In this document: positions 23,296 to 33,432 of the stretch, one piece after another
Layout of the letters: each line of letters starts with the position of its first letter
Position numbering within the stretch: the stretch's first letter is position 1
Origin: a virus
Lineage: Duplodnaviria > Caudoviricetes
Virus record (IMG/VR): IMGVR_UViG_3300025723_000026
Span: 12,301 to 76,300 of that record
DNA length: 64,000 bases
Reading direction: 5' to 3' (one strand)
Made by a program: the position numbers and the translations under genes
Notes under the pieces: generated by a model
Seen by the model: only the letters and a program-made list of their open reading frames with translations
Databases searched by the model: none
Told to the model about the DNA's origin: nothing

Positions 23296-23934
23296 TTAAA
23301 CTAAAGTCAAGGTTTGAATTGGTTTATGACTAGGTTTCATTTCTTCATTAGTTGTATAATTAATGTTTATTGCTACTCTTCTAGACACTGTTGTTGGTGT
23401 ACTACCACTATGATAGAGATGACCATCGAAAATTATCATTCTATTTGCCTTAGGTGTAACTGTTTGTCTAATAGTTAGATTAGGGAGTGTATCATCATCG
23501 ATGATTATATTACCGCCAAAAGCTGTAAGCGAGGGACTAAAGCGCTCGTTATAGATAACCGTATCACCGTCTGAATCATTTAGATAAATTAAAGCGGTTC
23601 GATGTGGTTGATTTAAATCAATATGTGTACCGAAATCATAGTTCTTATCAGCTGGTGTATTTAAAATACAACGAATACGTAAAATTGATTTAATATTTTC
23701 CCCTGCATATCCAAGAGCATATCTTACTGATGCTTCTATTATACCATGAGGATCAAAGACAAGCGTGCCATTATTCATAACAACACGTACAAAACTACAT
23801 AAGAATGGATTTGTTAATATACGTCTATCATCAGCTACTCGTCCATAGTTCCAAGGAAAATCAATTTGCATGATTTCATCATGTAGTCGCTTAAAATCAT
23901 ATGCAGGTAAAATACTATCAAGAACTTTTATCAT
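23296..23934 (-). CDS. 2OG-Fe(II) oxygenase superfamily protein
   Basis: HxD (HID), TALIYLNDSDGDT, PKANR..IFDG..YHSG, RR.AIN. Confidence 0.9.
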   Translation of the reverse strand: MIKVLDSILPAYDFKRLHDEIMQIDFPWNYGRVADDRRILTNPFLCSFVRVVMNNGTLVFDPHGIIEASVRYALGYAGENIKSILRIRCILNTPADKNYDFGTHIDLNQPHRTALIYLNDSDGDTVIYNERFSPSLTAFGGNIIIDDDTLPNLTIRQTVTPKANRMIIFDGHLYHSGSTPTTVSRRVAININYTTNEEMKPSHKPIQTLTLV

Positions 23935-23965
23935 ATCTTATATTATAGATTTTTAATAACAGGAA

Positions 23966-24607
23966 TCAAGCTAAACTCTGTAAGAGTTTATTAACAATAA
24001 TATTAAATGATTCTACCGTTACATCTTCTCCATCAATTTTTTTCTTGGCAGCTAATAGTTTTTTGGTAAGATCACGCTCTATGTCACTAACAGAACTATA
24101 ACTATCTGTACGCATTTCTATTGGCTCACCACCGGCTGCTTTCCATGCTTTAATATATTTTGGAAAATCATCAATAAGAACATTAGGCTTACCTGTTTCT
24201 TTATTAAAAGCTACCTTGGTTTTATCGGTAATAAATCGCATTTCTTCAGGAGGTGGATTAAGATGTTTTTTAATCCATTCTCTTTTACCAGCTTCAGAAG
24301 CTGCACGGTCAATACCAGCAGGGCAGGAACAAATACTATAGCTACCTGCGATGTTTATTACCGTTTTTATTATAGCATGGGTTAGTTCACCATTCTCACC
24401 AAATGGAGGAAGATTAGCGAAGAAATTTTTAACTCCACCATGTTTTTTAAAGAATGCTGGTGCTGCTACTTCCCTATCTCTCCAAATTTGTCGAGTAGAT
24501 TCTTTTTCATGATCTAATAGCTCTTTATAAGGCTTTCCTTCTGTACCTAATGAGACTGTATCAAAAAGGTTAGCAAGTAACCCATCCATGTCGAGATAAA
24601 CTTTCAT
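23966..24607 (-). CDS. 5'(3')-deoxyribonucleotidase (HAD family)
   Basis: YLDMDGLLANL; GKREWI; LIDDFPKYIKAWKAAGG. Confidence 0.88.
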   Translation of the reverse strand: MKVYLDMDGLLANLFDTVSLGTEGKPYKELLDHEKESTRQIWRDREVAAPAFFKKHGGVKNFFANLPPFGENGELTHAIIKTVINIAGSYSICSCPAGIDRAASEAGKREWIKKHLNPPPEEMRFITDKTKVAFNKETGKPNVLIDDFPKYIKAWKAAGGEPIEMRTDSYSSVSDIERDLTKKLLAAKKKIDGEDVTVESFNIIVNKLLQSLA

Positions 24608-24825
24608 TACTCTCTATCCTTTCTATGTGCTCTCTTCCACCACTTGCACCATCCATTAGGTTTAATATCACCTGCTACTGCCGAACATTTATTTGGTGGT
24701 CTCCACATCGTACATACATCACATCGTTGACCTTTAACAGTATGAGCTACATACCCTGCTTCAGCCTTAGAGTGTTTCGCTTTAGCTTCTGCTAAAAATT
24801 CCTGTATTAACTTATTAAAGATCAT
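24607..24825 (-). CDS. HiPIP-like [4Fe-4S] protein
   Basis: SKAEAGY...GQRCDVC.MW.PPNKC.AV.GDI.PNGWC.WW: four-Cys HiPIP pattern. Confidence 0.8.
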   Translation of the reverse strand: MIFNKLIQEFLAEAKAKHSKAEAGYVAHTVKGQRCDVCTMWRPPNKCSAVAGDIKPNGWCKWWKRAHRKDRE

Positions 24826-24827
24826 TA

Positions 24828-25070
24828 TTAAGGTTTATTTGCAAGTATAACAGTAAAACGAAAGAGAAAATATCCTTTGAAGTGTCTGTTTATAAATTCT
24901 TTCTTTGCGCTAACTACAAGTTTTGACTCTTGATCAACAATACGCTTTATTTTATCTTCTAAATTGGTTTGCGCTTGTTCTGTTGTTGCAAAATAACCGC
25001 TCCATTTAATAGTATTACGATCGATCGTCGGAGCTGAAGCATGCGGTGGATAGTGGTCGACGAGTGACAT
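24828..25070 (-). CDS. Hypothetical protein
   Basis: 80-aa ORF with TAAATA upstream. Confidence 0.6.
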   Translation of the reverse strand: MSLVDHYPPHASAPTIDRNTIKWSGYFATTEQAQTNLEDKIKRIVDQESKLVVSAKKEFINRHFKGYFLFRFTVILANKP

Positions 25071-25092
25071 GATGTAAAATATTTAATCCTCT

Positions 25093-25740
25093 TTATGACC
25101 AAAAGAAGTGACGATATCTAACAAGTTGAGATAAAACTTCAGTATCCTTATCTTGAATAAGTTGCTCAAGACGATTTACCTCGCCGTACAGTTCTTCAAA
25201 TGATTCCTTCCGTTCAACCATCTTAAGCATTTTAACCCTACCTTTTTCATCCGTTTCACACGGTATAAACATTTCGTTAAGTGGACGTAGTGGTGGGTAG
25301 GCATTATCCATATCTTTCTCTAGTTGTACACGTTTAATGGTAATATAATCGTAAGCAGATTCTAACCATTTGGCAAATGCTACAGCGTGCTCTCCTGTAC
25401 CCTCCCAATCTGTATGACCGTGAAGATATTCATTTTCATAAAAACCTTTAATAAATTCAAAATTTACAATCTCAATGAGATGCGACACATCAGACCAAAT
25501 ACGAGGTATGACCTTACGATAGCGTTTGTTCTGTGGAACAAAGATTGGACGAATCTTATCATAATAATAAAGATCAGCCCAGCGAGGTACAAATGGAATC
25601 AACTGCCAAAGCTTTCTTGTACCAAACTTTTCATATAAAAAGTTATTAAATTTGTAACGAAAAGATTTTTTATATTCTTCGTAGTCAAAATTATCACAGC
25701 GAAGCTTGTGGTTACGCGCTTCAAATTTTTCTGATGTCAT
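25093..25740 (-). CDS. Hypothetical protein
   Basis: 215-aa ORF after TTGTAA-type promoter. Confidence 0.7.
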   Translation of the reverse strand: MTSEKFEARNHKLRCDNFDYEEYKKSFRYKFNNFLYEKFGTRKLWQLIPFVPRWADLYYYDKIRPIFVPQNKRYRKVIPRIWSDVSHLIEIVNFEFIKGFYENEYLHGHTDWEGTGEHAVAFAKWLESAYDYITIKRVQLEKDMDNAYPPLRPLNEMFIPCETDEKGRVKMLKMVERKESFEELYGEVNRLEQLIQDKDTEVLSQLVRYRHFFWS

Positions 25741-25757
25741 GCTATTATTATAACAGC

Positions 25758-25883
25758 TTAATATTTTTTTACAAGCTTTCCTTTCATCTTTACAAAGCCT
25801 TCGACTTTGCCTGTAGATTTAGGAAAATTTTCCTTGTATTTTTTTTGATCAGTTACGCGTGATTTTGAGCCTTTTCCTGCCAT
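25758..25883 (-). CDS. Small basic protein (41 aa)
   Basis: Not in track: MAGKGSKSRVTDQKKYKENFPK... Confidence 0.55.
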   Translation of the reverse strand: MAGKGSKSRVTDQKKYKENFPKSTGKVEGFVKMKGKLVKKY

Positions 25884-25888
25884 ATATT

Positions 25889-26806
25889 TTAGTGTTTGGT
25901 TATTGTTGCTTCGATCTTATTTACACACCAGCGTGCGTAGGATCCACGCTCGTTATTCTTTTTTAGCTTACCTTCAGTTGTAAGTTCACGCAAAAGGTAG
26001 CCAGCGCGCGAGGCATCTACATTTAGGAGAGAGCAAATATCTGAAACTCCAAACTTACCATTAATTTTAAGAATTTCTTCTTTATCTTTTTCCTTTCTCT
26101 CCGTTTTCTTATTCTTTTTCGGCTCAGCATTCTCAACGTTAGCAGAGACAGCGGTAAAGTCATAACCACGACTCGTAAACGAACATGTATAATCAATACC
26201 AGGACCAAAACGGTTCTTCGAGAAATAAATTCGACGAAGATCAGGTGTCTCTCCCAATTCAACGAACATATTCACATCAACAGCGTAGGTAAGATGATTT
26301 GTACCACGCATTACACCGCCTTTGGTTAAGTGACAAATAATAACTACCGAACATTCCGTTTCCTTTGCACGTTGAATAAGCTTTTCAATAGCTTCCTTCT
26401 CCTCGAGATTACCTTTATCCATTGCCTGAAACGAATCAATAACGATTACATCCATATCTTCCATAAACGAAAGAACTTTGCTAAACTTAGTTTCATTACA
26501 TACACCTACATCTTCAATACCAAGTCGACGGCAACTGAAAGCAACTTGATGAATAGATTCTTCAGCGCTAATGTAGCCGACAGAACGACCTGTTTTAGTC
26601 ATTCCATTAAGAATCTGAAGAACCATCGTAGACTTACCAACACCTGCTTTCGAGGAAAGAGTAATACAAGAACCTGGAAGAATTCCTCCACCAAACATCT
26701 CATCGATTTCAGGGATATTCGACTTTACACGACGAAAGTAGATATCAGGAATCTGAACATCCTTAGCAGCTGTGAACGAAGTGGGTATAATATGATTAAG
26801 TTTCAT
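25889..26806 (-). CDS. RadA/Sms-like RecA-family ATPase (lacks Zn finger and Lon domain)
   Basis: DEMFGGGILPGS, Walker A KAGVGKST, YISAEES..QV, Walker B VIVIDSFQ, KNRFG; C-terminal HTH-like tail. Confidence 0.85.
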   Translation of the reverse strand: MKLNHIIPTSFTAAKDVQIPDIYFRRVKSNIPEIDEMFGGGILPGSCITLSSKAGVGKSTMVLQILNGMTKTGRSVGYISAEESIHQVAFSCRRLGIEDVGVCNETKFSKVLSFMEDMDVIVIDSFQAMDKGNLEEKEAIEKLIQRAKETECSVVIICHLTKGGVMRGTNHLTYAVDVNMFVELGETPDLRRIYFSKNRFGPGIDYTCSFTSRGYDFTAVSANVENAEPKKNKKTERKEKDKEEILKINGKFGVSDICSLLNVDASRAGYLLRELTTEGKLKKNNERGSYARWCVNKIEATITKH

Positions 26807-26856
26807 GCTATTATTATGGTTGGTTTTTGTAAAATCGGCAATAGGAAAAGGGAATT

Positions 26857-27129
26857 TTATTTCAATTTCTTAAACTTTACCTCTGCCATTTTAAGATCTG
26901 TAAAAGTCCACCCGGCTGTGCCCCATTGAGAGGTTGAAGGATAAGCCTCTCCTGGAGGGATTTTCTGGCCACCGAGCTCATAACCGTTATGACGATTAAT
27001 TTTTACGACTTCAAAAGAAACACCTTCTTGTCCCTTTTTTGTTTGTTTGTATATAGCGTTATTACCTATACGCTTTACTTGAGTATAGGTAAATCCCTTT
27101 TTATCGAACTGCTTAGGTAGTGTCTTCAT
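26857..27129 (-). CDS. Hypothetical protein
   Basis: 90-aa ORF; EAYPSTSQWG.AGWT motif. Confidence 0.7.
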   Translation of the reverse strand: MKTLPKQFDKKGFTYTQVKRIGNNAIYKQTKKGQEGVSFEVVKINRHNGYELGGQKIPPGEAYPSTSQWGTAGWTFTDLKMAEVKFKKLK

Positions 27130-27169
27130 GATTCTTTAATAATAGAAGCTCCATTTAGGAAATACAAGC

Positions 27170-27472
27170 TTATTTCCCGTTTATTTCTAGAGCACGTTTT
27201 AGAAAATCACTACCAAGAGCTATTGTTACACCGATTACCCCAAGCTCTTTTCGAACATCAGCTAGGCTCTTACCTTGTTTGAGAAGAGTGAGAGCATCTC
27301 GACAGATGTAGTGTTTGAGAAACTCTTCCTTTGAACCTGCCCTCTTAGCCTTTTCCTCAAGATACTCACTATTTGTAGGGCGCTCCTTGCCTGTAACAAT
27401 ACAAGTAAGAATATTCGAGTCCTTTGCAATCGCTTTCTTAAAGCGTTTATTGATTTCTTCAGCGTTTAACAT
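27170..27472 (-). CDS. Hypothetical protein with CIVTGxER domain (paralog of 28583-29188)
   Basis: Ungapped similarity to the 28583 protein. Confidence 0.7.
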   Translation of the reverse strand: MLNAEEINKRFKKAIAKDSNILTCIVTGKERPTNSEYLEEKAKRAGSKEEFLKHYICRDALTLLKQGKSLADVRKELGVIGVTIALGSDFLKRALEINGK

Positions 27473-27569
27473 TCTTTTATAATAAAAAATTGTGTATTAA
27501 AATGCAATAATAAAGTTGAAAATAAAAGGACCGACCACTAAATCATAGCAGTCGGTCCTCTTCATTATC

Positions 27570-27764
27570 TTAAGCAACGTTAAGTTCGTTGTTCCTAATA
27601 GCACGTGTAATATCACGTGCATCAACGCGCTGGACGGAACGCTTAAATTGATTGGTGCGGTTAAGCACCTTAGCACGCTTTACTGTAAAGCTGCCATCAC
27701 GGTTACGTACCATCTTAACGAAGAACGTCTTAGGACGTAGATTCTTGTTTGAATAATCGATCAT
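27570..27764 (-). CDS. Small basic protein
   Basis: MIDYSNKNLRPK...; GGAGG RBS; CGT-biased codons. Confidence 0.7.
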   Translation of the reverse strand: MIDYSNKNLRPKTFFVKMVRNRDGSFTVKRAKVLNRTNQFKRSVQRVDARDITRAIRNNELNVA

Positions 27765-27824
27765 TTTTATTTCACCTCCTTTTTGTTTTTTCAATAGTGG
27801 TCTCTATTTTTTAATAATCCACTA

Positions 27825-28031
27825 TTAATTTTTAAAACTCTCAGGAATATTAATTTCCTCAGGAACAGGAAGCATATAACTATCGGTCTTTGCCTTCCTG
27901 CTTGTGGCTCTGCGTTTGTAGCCGATAAGATAATGCTTACCGTTTTGCATGCTTTTAATAATTGGAATAAGACGACCTTGTTTAACCAACTTCATAATAT
28001 TATCTGGATTCATCTTGCTCATATGTTTCAA
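27825..28031 (-). CDS. Small basic hypothetical protein
   Basis: 68-aa ORF after promoter-like sequence. Confidence 0.55.
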   Translation of the reverse strand: MKHMSKMNPDNIMKLVKQGRLIPIIKSMQNGKHYLIGYKRRATSRKAKTDSYMLPVPEEINIPESFKN

Positions 28032-28242
28032 TTAGTAGCTTCTTTAATTTGATATATCAACTATTTTTTGGATAATTTTTTAAATTTGTTAAAACATCGT
28101 TAATTGTATGGTAGTTTGTTCTGTTAAACCGAATAACTGTCCAGCCAAGCTCCTCTAACTCTCGCGTTCTTTTTCTATCATTTTCTTGTACGTTTTTCAT
28201 TAAATGTACTTTACCATCATATTCAAATGTATTTGCACTCCA

Positions 28243-28509
28243 TCACCGTGTGTATCCAGGTAAGTCACCATTTTCGGCAATCTTAATCCCTTCATATGGA
28301 GCAACAACACGACGATAGAACTCGATCTTACAACATTCAAGAGAACCAACGATCTCGTTGAGAGTATTATAACAAAGCTTATGATCATCGATGTACTGCT
28401 GACAGATCTTAGTTATAAGATAGTTAAGATCACCAGCGTTTTCAATATTTGGAACAGCCTTCAGAGCTTTTTCAAATTTTGTTCTTTCTTGTTTTTTGAT
28501 ATATGGCAT
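28243..28509 (-). CDS. Conserved phage protein
   Basis: MPYIK...GDLNYLIT....Y......LECCK.EFYRRVVAPYE..KI.ENGD pattern. Confidence 0.78.
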   Translation of the reverse strand: MPYIKKQERTKFEKALKAVPNIENAGDLNYLITKICQQYIDDHKLCYNTLNEIVGSLECCKIEFYRRVVAPYEGIKIAENGDLPGYTR

Positions 28510-28582
28510 GTTTTTATAGTAGAAATATTTTTTTAAAAAATCAAGCTTGAAATTCATTTTCTACCTACATAATATAAAACCA

Positions 28583-29188
28583 ATGAAACATGCCAAGGTA
28601 AAGAAAGTCAAAAAACTTCCTAAACAGAAAGCGAAGCCTGTTATTAAAAAAGCTAAACCTGTTATTAAGAAAACTACCCCCGTTGATAGCAATGGTGGTG
28701 TTAAGAGCAGGTTGATGTCCTGTATTGTAACGGGTATTGAGCGTCGTGTTTCAAAAGCAGGTATAACAAAAGGAATTAAAAAGTTTGGCGATCTTGCTAC
28801 ATTTATTGAAAATTATGTTGGAAATGAAGCAAAGCGTCTTCTTCGTCAGCGTGTCTCGCCGGAAGAGGTACAGAAGCAGCTTCGACCAGAAGGACTTAAA
28901 CCGTTTTCTATTGATCATCAAGCTCTTGCAAGACTTAAGCTGCTTAAAAAGCCTCGTAACAAGAAACTAACAATTGAAGAGGTTCAGCAAATTTCAGTTA
29001 AGTGGATTCCAAAGGAACCACGTACCTACCCTACACAGGAAGCGTACATTATTGATAATACAAAGAATGGTTCTTGTATTGCTCCGCAATTATATCTCGA
29101 TTCAGATCGATGCTGCGATCATTGCAAATATGTTAAGCACTGTCTATCAACAGCTAAACATTTTTCAAAGAAGTACAAAGCAGCTTAG
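28583..29188 (+). CDS. Lys-rich protein with CIVTGxER domain and C-terminal Cys cluster
   Basis: KAKPVIKK repeats; SCI...CCDHCKYVKHC. Confidence 0.75.
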   Translation: MKHAKVKKVKKLPKQKAKPVIKKAKPVIKKTTPVDSNGGVKSRLMSCIVTGIERRVSKAGITKGIKKFGDLATFIENYVGNEAKRLLRQRVSPEEVQKQLRPEGLKPFSIDHQALARLKLLKKPRNKKLTIEEVQQISVKWIPKEPRTYPTQEAYIIDNTKNGSCIAPQLYLDSDRCCDHCKYVKHCLSTAKHFSKKYKAA

Positions 29189-30312
29189 TACCCATCATAG
29201 GTCTTTGTATATTTTACACGGCGTAGATAATTATCTTCCCCTTGAATAACTGGTATAGGTGTTTTTTTCTCGTACCGAATTGTAAACACAATAATAATAT
29301 CGCCTATCTCCATAAGAAAAGCTAAGAAAAAGCAGACAAGTGCAGTAATATCAGCGTGAGTAAGTGCTGTAAAGGATACTTTAATAATATTATCTGTGCC
29401 AAGAATTTTTACAGGTGTGAATTTTGTATTAAGTGTAGAGGCGATAGAAGAAATAAGACTATTCGCATCAATAACAGCTGATTCAAGTTCTTTAAAACTA
29501 TTTGTTTCGTTAATATTCTTTTTGCATGTGATAATTTTATCACCGAGTAGTTTATTTGATTTTTCAAGTGATTGAAGCTGCTCAATTACCTGCTGATCCA
29601 CAGCATCATCCTGTTTTTTAATTTCTGCTTTTGTTCCTTGAAGTTCAATATTTGACTGCGCTTCAAGTCTACGAGCTTGGGCCTGAAGTTCCTTTGATTT
29701 AGGACCGTCTCCGGCTTTACCTTTTACACCAACCCGTTCATCAATAACTTCTTGGTTGGCGTCTTCAACTTTTTGTTTAATTTCTGTAACTTTAACAGTT
29801 AAATTTTTTTCTATTTCAATTTTCTTATCTCGTGCTTGATTGTTTATGTCGAGTTCCTGTGTTTGTACAGCTTTTTTACTTTCAGCTTCAAAATATGATA
29901 ATGTTTCTGTGATTTGTACTTTTGATTCTTGTAAACTATCTCTTACGCCGGTCTCAGAGTATAGACCTGCAAAATCAAAAATAGTTGGTAATAGGCTTAA
30001 AAATAAACTTAAAGTTGCTGCTTTAAGAGGAAATTCTTTTCTACCAAATAAAATTATCTTCACACAATACGGCAAACCAACAACAGCAAAGCTTGCTAAA
30101 GCGATTAAACCCCAATTCCAACTTATAAGAATAACATTAAGAGCGTGAAACGCAAAACAATAAGCTACAAAAATAATAAACCAATATACAATATCAATAG
30201 CTACAGAAGCTATTTTATTGTTTGTATTAAACCCAAAAATTGTATGATACTGTGGTATAACAGTATTTTCAGTTATAGCTTCTCTGCTAAATAAATTTTT
30301 GATAAGCTTCAC
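29185..30312 (-). CDS. Membrane-anchored coiled-coil protein (DUF4407-like)
   Basis: Three N-terminal TM helices, long coiled coil with GKAGDGP, C-terminal TM. Confidence 0.7.
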   Translation of the reverse strand: MKLIKNLFSREAITENTVIPQYHTIFGFNTNNKIASVAIDIVYWFIIFVAYCFAFHALNVILISWNWGLIALASFAVVGLPYCVKIILFGRKEFPLKAATLSLFLSLLPTIFDFAGLYSETGVRDSLQESKVQITETLSYFEAESKKAVQTQELDINNQARDKKIEIEKNLTVKVTEIKQKVEDANQEVIDERVGVKGKAGDGPKSKELQAQARRLEAQSNIELQGTKAEIKKQDDAVDQQVIEQLQSLEKSNKLLGDKIITCKKNINETNSFKELESAVIDANSLISSIASTLNTKFTPVKILGTDNIIKVSFTALTHADITALVCFFLAFLMEIGDIIIVFTIRYEKKTPIPVIQGEDNYLRRVKYTKTYDGY

Positions 30313-30507
30313 GCTAGTATTTAATCGATTTTAAAATACAGCGTATATCTTCTCGTATAATCTCGATCTGTTTATAGAACATTTGATCAAGAAACATTAT
30401 AACTATTCTCATATTTGCATCCTAGGGACACATATATATTTAATCTTTTATAACTAAGTATTCTAGCCTTTGGTATTTTATAGATTTACCCATAAATAAT
30501 TGTAATC

Positions 30508-33393
30508 ATGTCCGATAACGCACGGTTCCATAATAAGCTTCACAGAAAGAATCATCACTCCATCTGTACACCAGGATATCCTGATTCAGCAACAGATCCT
30601 ATTGCCTCACAAGCAGAACCGTTTCAGGGTGATTTTTATATTAACGGTAATATCAACGCAACAGGCGCTCTTAATACTACATTTGTTACTCTCTCAAACA
30701 TTAGTATACCTACTCCTGTTTTATCAGCTACTATTGGATTTAATCCAACAAATTCTCTCATTGTTCAACTATCTGGCACTCAATACGCTATCCCTGTAAC
30801 GTATGTAGGTCCTCTCGGTACATCGGCTCCAGCGATTCTTAGCAACTCTCTTTCTGGTAACCTAGGATTTGGTACAAATGCTCCAAGCTATCCGATAGAC
30901 ATTGTAGGTAGTAATAATGGTATAAAAACGTCATTTTATGGTACTTCAAACAACCTAGGCAATGCTACCTACATGTATCAAAGTTCAGCTGGAAGCGCTA
31001 CTTTTTCAAACAATACATACGAACAAAATGGCTCGAGGATAGCATCTCTCTCTACCGGCGGTTGGATGACTATAAGTCAAGCAGGTCAATTTCGCTTTCA
31101 TCAATTCAGCGGTCAAGTAGCAGGTCAAACTGTAACTTCAACAACTCCTGTTATTATTTTATCCTCCGGTCAAGTTGGTATAGGAACAACTACACCTAAT
31201 AAGGCACTAACCGTCTCCGGCGATATTAGTGCAGCGAATGCTATCTATGATGCGACTGGTAATAGTAATAATTGGAACACTACCTATACAACAGTATGTG
31301 CAAATAGTGCAAGTTGGCAATCTAGTTTAGTTGTTGATAGTTACGTAATATCAAATAGTGCTACCTTCGATAGTTCATATAATGTTACTGTATACGCTAA
31401 GCTTTCTTCCCAGCCCTATACCCTCACGAATGTAAACTCAATTCAAGCAAATATAGGTGGTAACAATGCATTAAGTGCTTATTCAGGTGTACTTGCCGGC
31501 TACTACAATACATCATCAGGCTATGGATCATTAGTCGTAGGTGGTGGTAATAATATGGCGTCAGGCTATTTTTCAAATGTTCATGGTGGTGTTAGTAACA
31601 ATGCATTAAGCGCATATTCCGCTGTTCTTGCAGGCTTTAACAATACATCATCAGGCTACGGGTCCTTAGTCGTAGGTGGTGGTAATAATACGGCATCAGG
31701 CTGTGGAGCGATAATTGCCGGTGGTGGTAATAATACGGCATCAGGCTGTGGAGCGATAATTGCCGGTGGTTATAATAATGTAGCTTCAGGATACCTATCC
31801 AATATTCTTGGAGGTACTGGTAATAGTCTTTCAGGCAATAATTCATTTGCCTTAGGGTCAAATATTGTATCAACTACACCTAATTATACATTTGTAAATA
31901 ATCTATCCTCTCAATCCCTAGTACAGTCATCTAGTTCATGTACTGGCTATCTCAATGTAAGTCAAAATAGTGTCGGAGCAGCGCTATCAAATGTTCGTGC
32001 ACAATTTACTTCTAATCTTAATAGTTTTTCACAAATTAATCATCAAAATACAAACAGTGGAACATATGCATCGACAGATGTTGTTGTTACAGCTGATAAC
32101 GGTAATGATACACAAAACTATCTCGATTTAGGTATTAATAGTAGTACGTATTCTTCGCCCTCTTATACTATTACCGGTCCTAACGATGCGTATCTGTATA
32201 CACAAAATTGCAACATTGCAATAGGTACGGCGTCAAACGCCAATATACTCTTTCATACCGGTGGCACACTTGCAAGTAATGAACGTATGCGTGTTACAGG
32301 TTCAGGATGCGTTGGTATAGGTACAAGTACACCGAACAACACATTGACCGTTGTAGGTAATATCTCAGCAACAGGTAATGCATATTTTACAAATACCGTT
32401 TACTGTGCAGGTATAAACCAGGGTTCAATACAACCAGCAAATACAACAAATACTGCATCAAACGTTTATACACTTATCGCTGGTGGTAGTAATAATATTG
32501 TCACAGGAGCCGGTTCAACTGTGGTTGGTGGTTATTGTAATATTGTGTCAAGCTGCTGTGGTAGTATTCTCGGTGGTTTGTGTAATAATAATAGCGGTAC
32601 TCTATCTATAATAGGTGGTGGTAATAATAATATTACTTTCTCCGGTTACGGTAGTATTCTAGGCGGAAGTAATAACAAAACATGCTGTTATAGCGTAGTA
32701 GTAGGAGGTTACAATAACAGTGCTTATGGCTGTTACTCAGTAACTGGGGGCGGGCTTGGTAATACAAGCTCTGGTACTTATAGTAGTGTAGTAGGTGGAT
32801 GCTGTAATGTAAACAATGGAAGTCTTAGCTTTATTGCTGGTGGTTATAATAATACCATACAAAATGGTGTAAACGATGCTTTTATATTAGGTTCTAATAT
32901 AAACGCTACATGTTCAAACTACACCTACGTAGAGGGAATTATTGCAAATAACGGTATAAATGCAAACTGCGCTACTATTAATAGCATTTACAGTAATGTC
33001 TCAATTTGCACGTACAGTCTCAGTGCGTTTAGCGTTAATGCATATAGTACAAATATCTGTGATTCTACTGTTAATAGAAATAGTGTTATTGGTGGTAATT
33101 TAACAGTATTAGGTAATATCTATTCACCTTTATTCTCATCTCTAACCGGTACAGGTTCATTTGTACTCTCAGGTGGTAGTAAATATTCAACTGTATTTGG
33201 CGATGGTGTTGCATCAACCTTTATTATTAACCATAACTTAAACACAAGCGATATAGTAATGACAGTTATTGACTTTAATACAGCTCAGGTTGTATATCCG
33301 ACTGTTACGATTAATAATTTAAATCAGGTACAAATTAATTTCTCTTTTGTACCGCCACCATTAAGTTATAAGATATCAATCATAGGTCTTTAA
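30508..33393 (+). CDS. Tail fibre / adhesin-like protein with GG-N (YadA-head-like) repeats
   Basis: 15-aa GGxxN repeats; GIGTTTP..LTV.G.ISA spacers; C-terminal F.INHNL.T.D..V domain. Confidence 0.75.
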   Translation: MSDNARFHNKLHRKNHHSICTPGYPDSATDPIASQAEPFQGDFYINGNINATGALNTTFVTLSNISIPTPVLSATIGFNPTNSLIVQLSGTQYAIPVTYVGPLGTSAPAILSNSLSGNLGFGTNAPSYPIDIVGSNNGIKTSFYGTSNNLGNATYMYQSSAGSATFSNNTYEQNGSRIASLSTGGWMTISQAGQFRFHQFSGQVAGQTVTSTTPVIILSSGQVGIGTTTPNKALTVSGDISAANAIYDATGNSNNWNTTYTTVCANSASWQSSLVVDSYVISNSATFDSSYNVTVYAKLSSQPYTLTNVNSIQANIGGNNALSAYSGVLAGYYNTSSGYGSLVVGGGNNMASGYFSNVHGGVSNNALSAYSAVLAGFNNTSSGYGSLVVGGGNNTASGCGAIIAGGGNNTASGCGAIIAGGYNNVASGYLSNILGGTGNSLSGNNSFALGSNIVSTTPNYTFVNNLSSQSLVQSSSSCTGYLNVSQNSVGAALSNVRAQFTSNLNSFSQINHQNTNSGTYASTDVVVTADNGNDTQNYLDLGINSSTYSSPSYTITGPNDAYLYTQNCNIAIGTASNANILFHTGGTLASNERMRVTGSGCVGIGTSTPNNTLTVVGNISATGNAYFTNTVYCAGINQGSIQPANTTNTASNVYTLIAGGSNNIVTGAGSTVVGGYCNIVSSCCGSILGGLCNNNSGTLSIIGGGNNNITFSGYGSILGGSNNKTCCYSVVVGGYNNSAYGCYSVTGGGLGNTSSGTYSSVVGGCCNVNNGSLSFIAGGYNNTIQNGVNDAFILGSNINATCSNYTYVEGIIANNGINANCATINSIYSNVSICTYSLSAFSVNAYSTNICDSTVNRNSVIGGNLTVLGNIYSPLFSSLTGTGSFVLSGGSKYSTVFGDGVASTFIINHNLNTSDIVMTVIDFNTAQVVYPTVTINNLNQVQINFSFVPPPLSYKISIIGL
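31675..31764 (+). repeat. 45-bp tandem duplication (GGGNNTASGCGAIIA x2)
   Basis: Direct DNA repeat within the fibre gene. Confidence 0.85.
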
Positions 33394-33415
33394 CTTGTAT
33401 TATAGAATAATACTG

Positions 33416-33423
33416 TATAAATA
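33416..33423 (+). promoter_or_regulatory. T4-type late promoter
   Basis: TATAAATA 9 nt before the ATG at 33433. Confidence 0.75.
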
Positions 33424-33432
33424 TTAGAGTAT

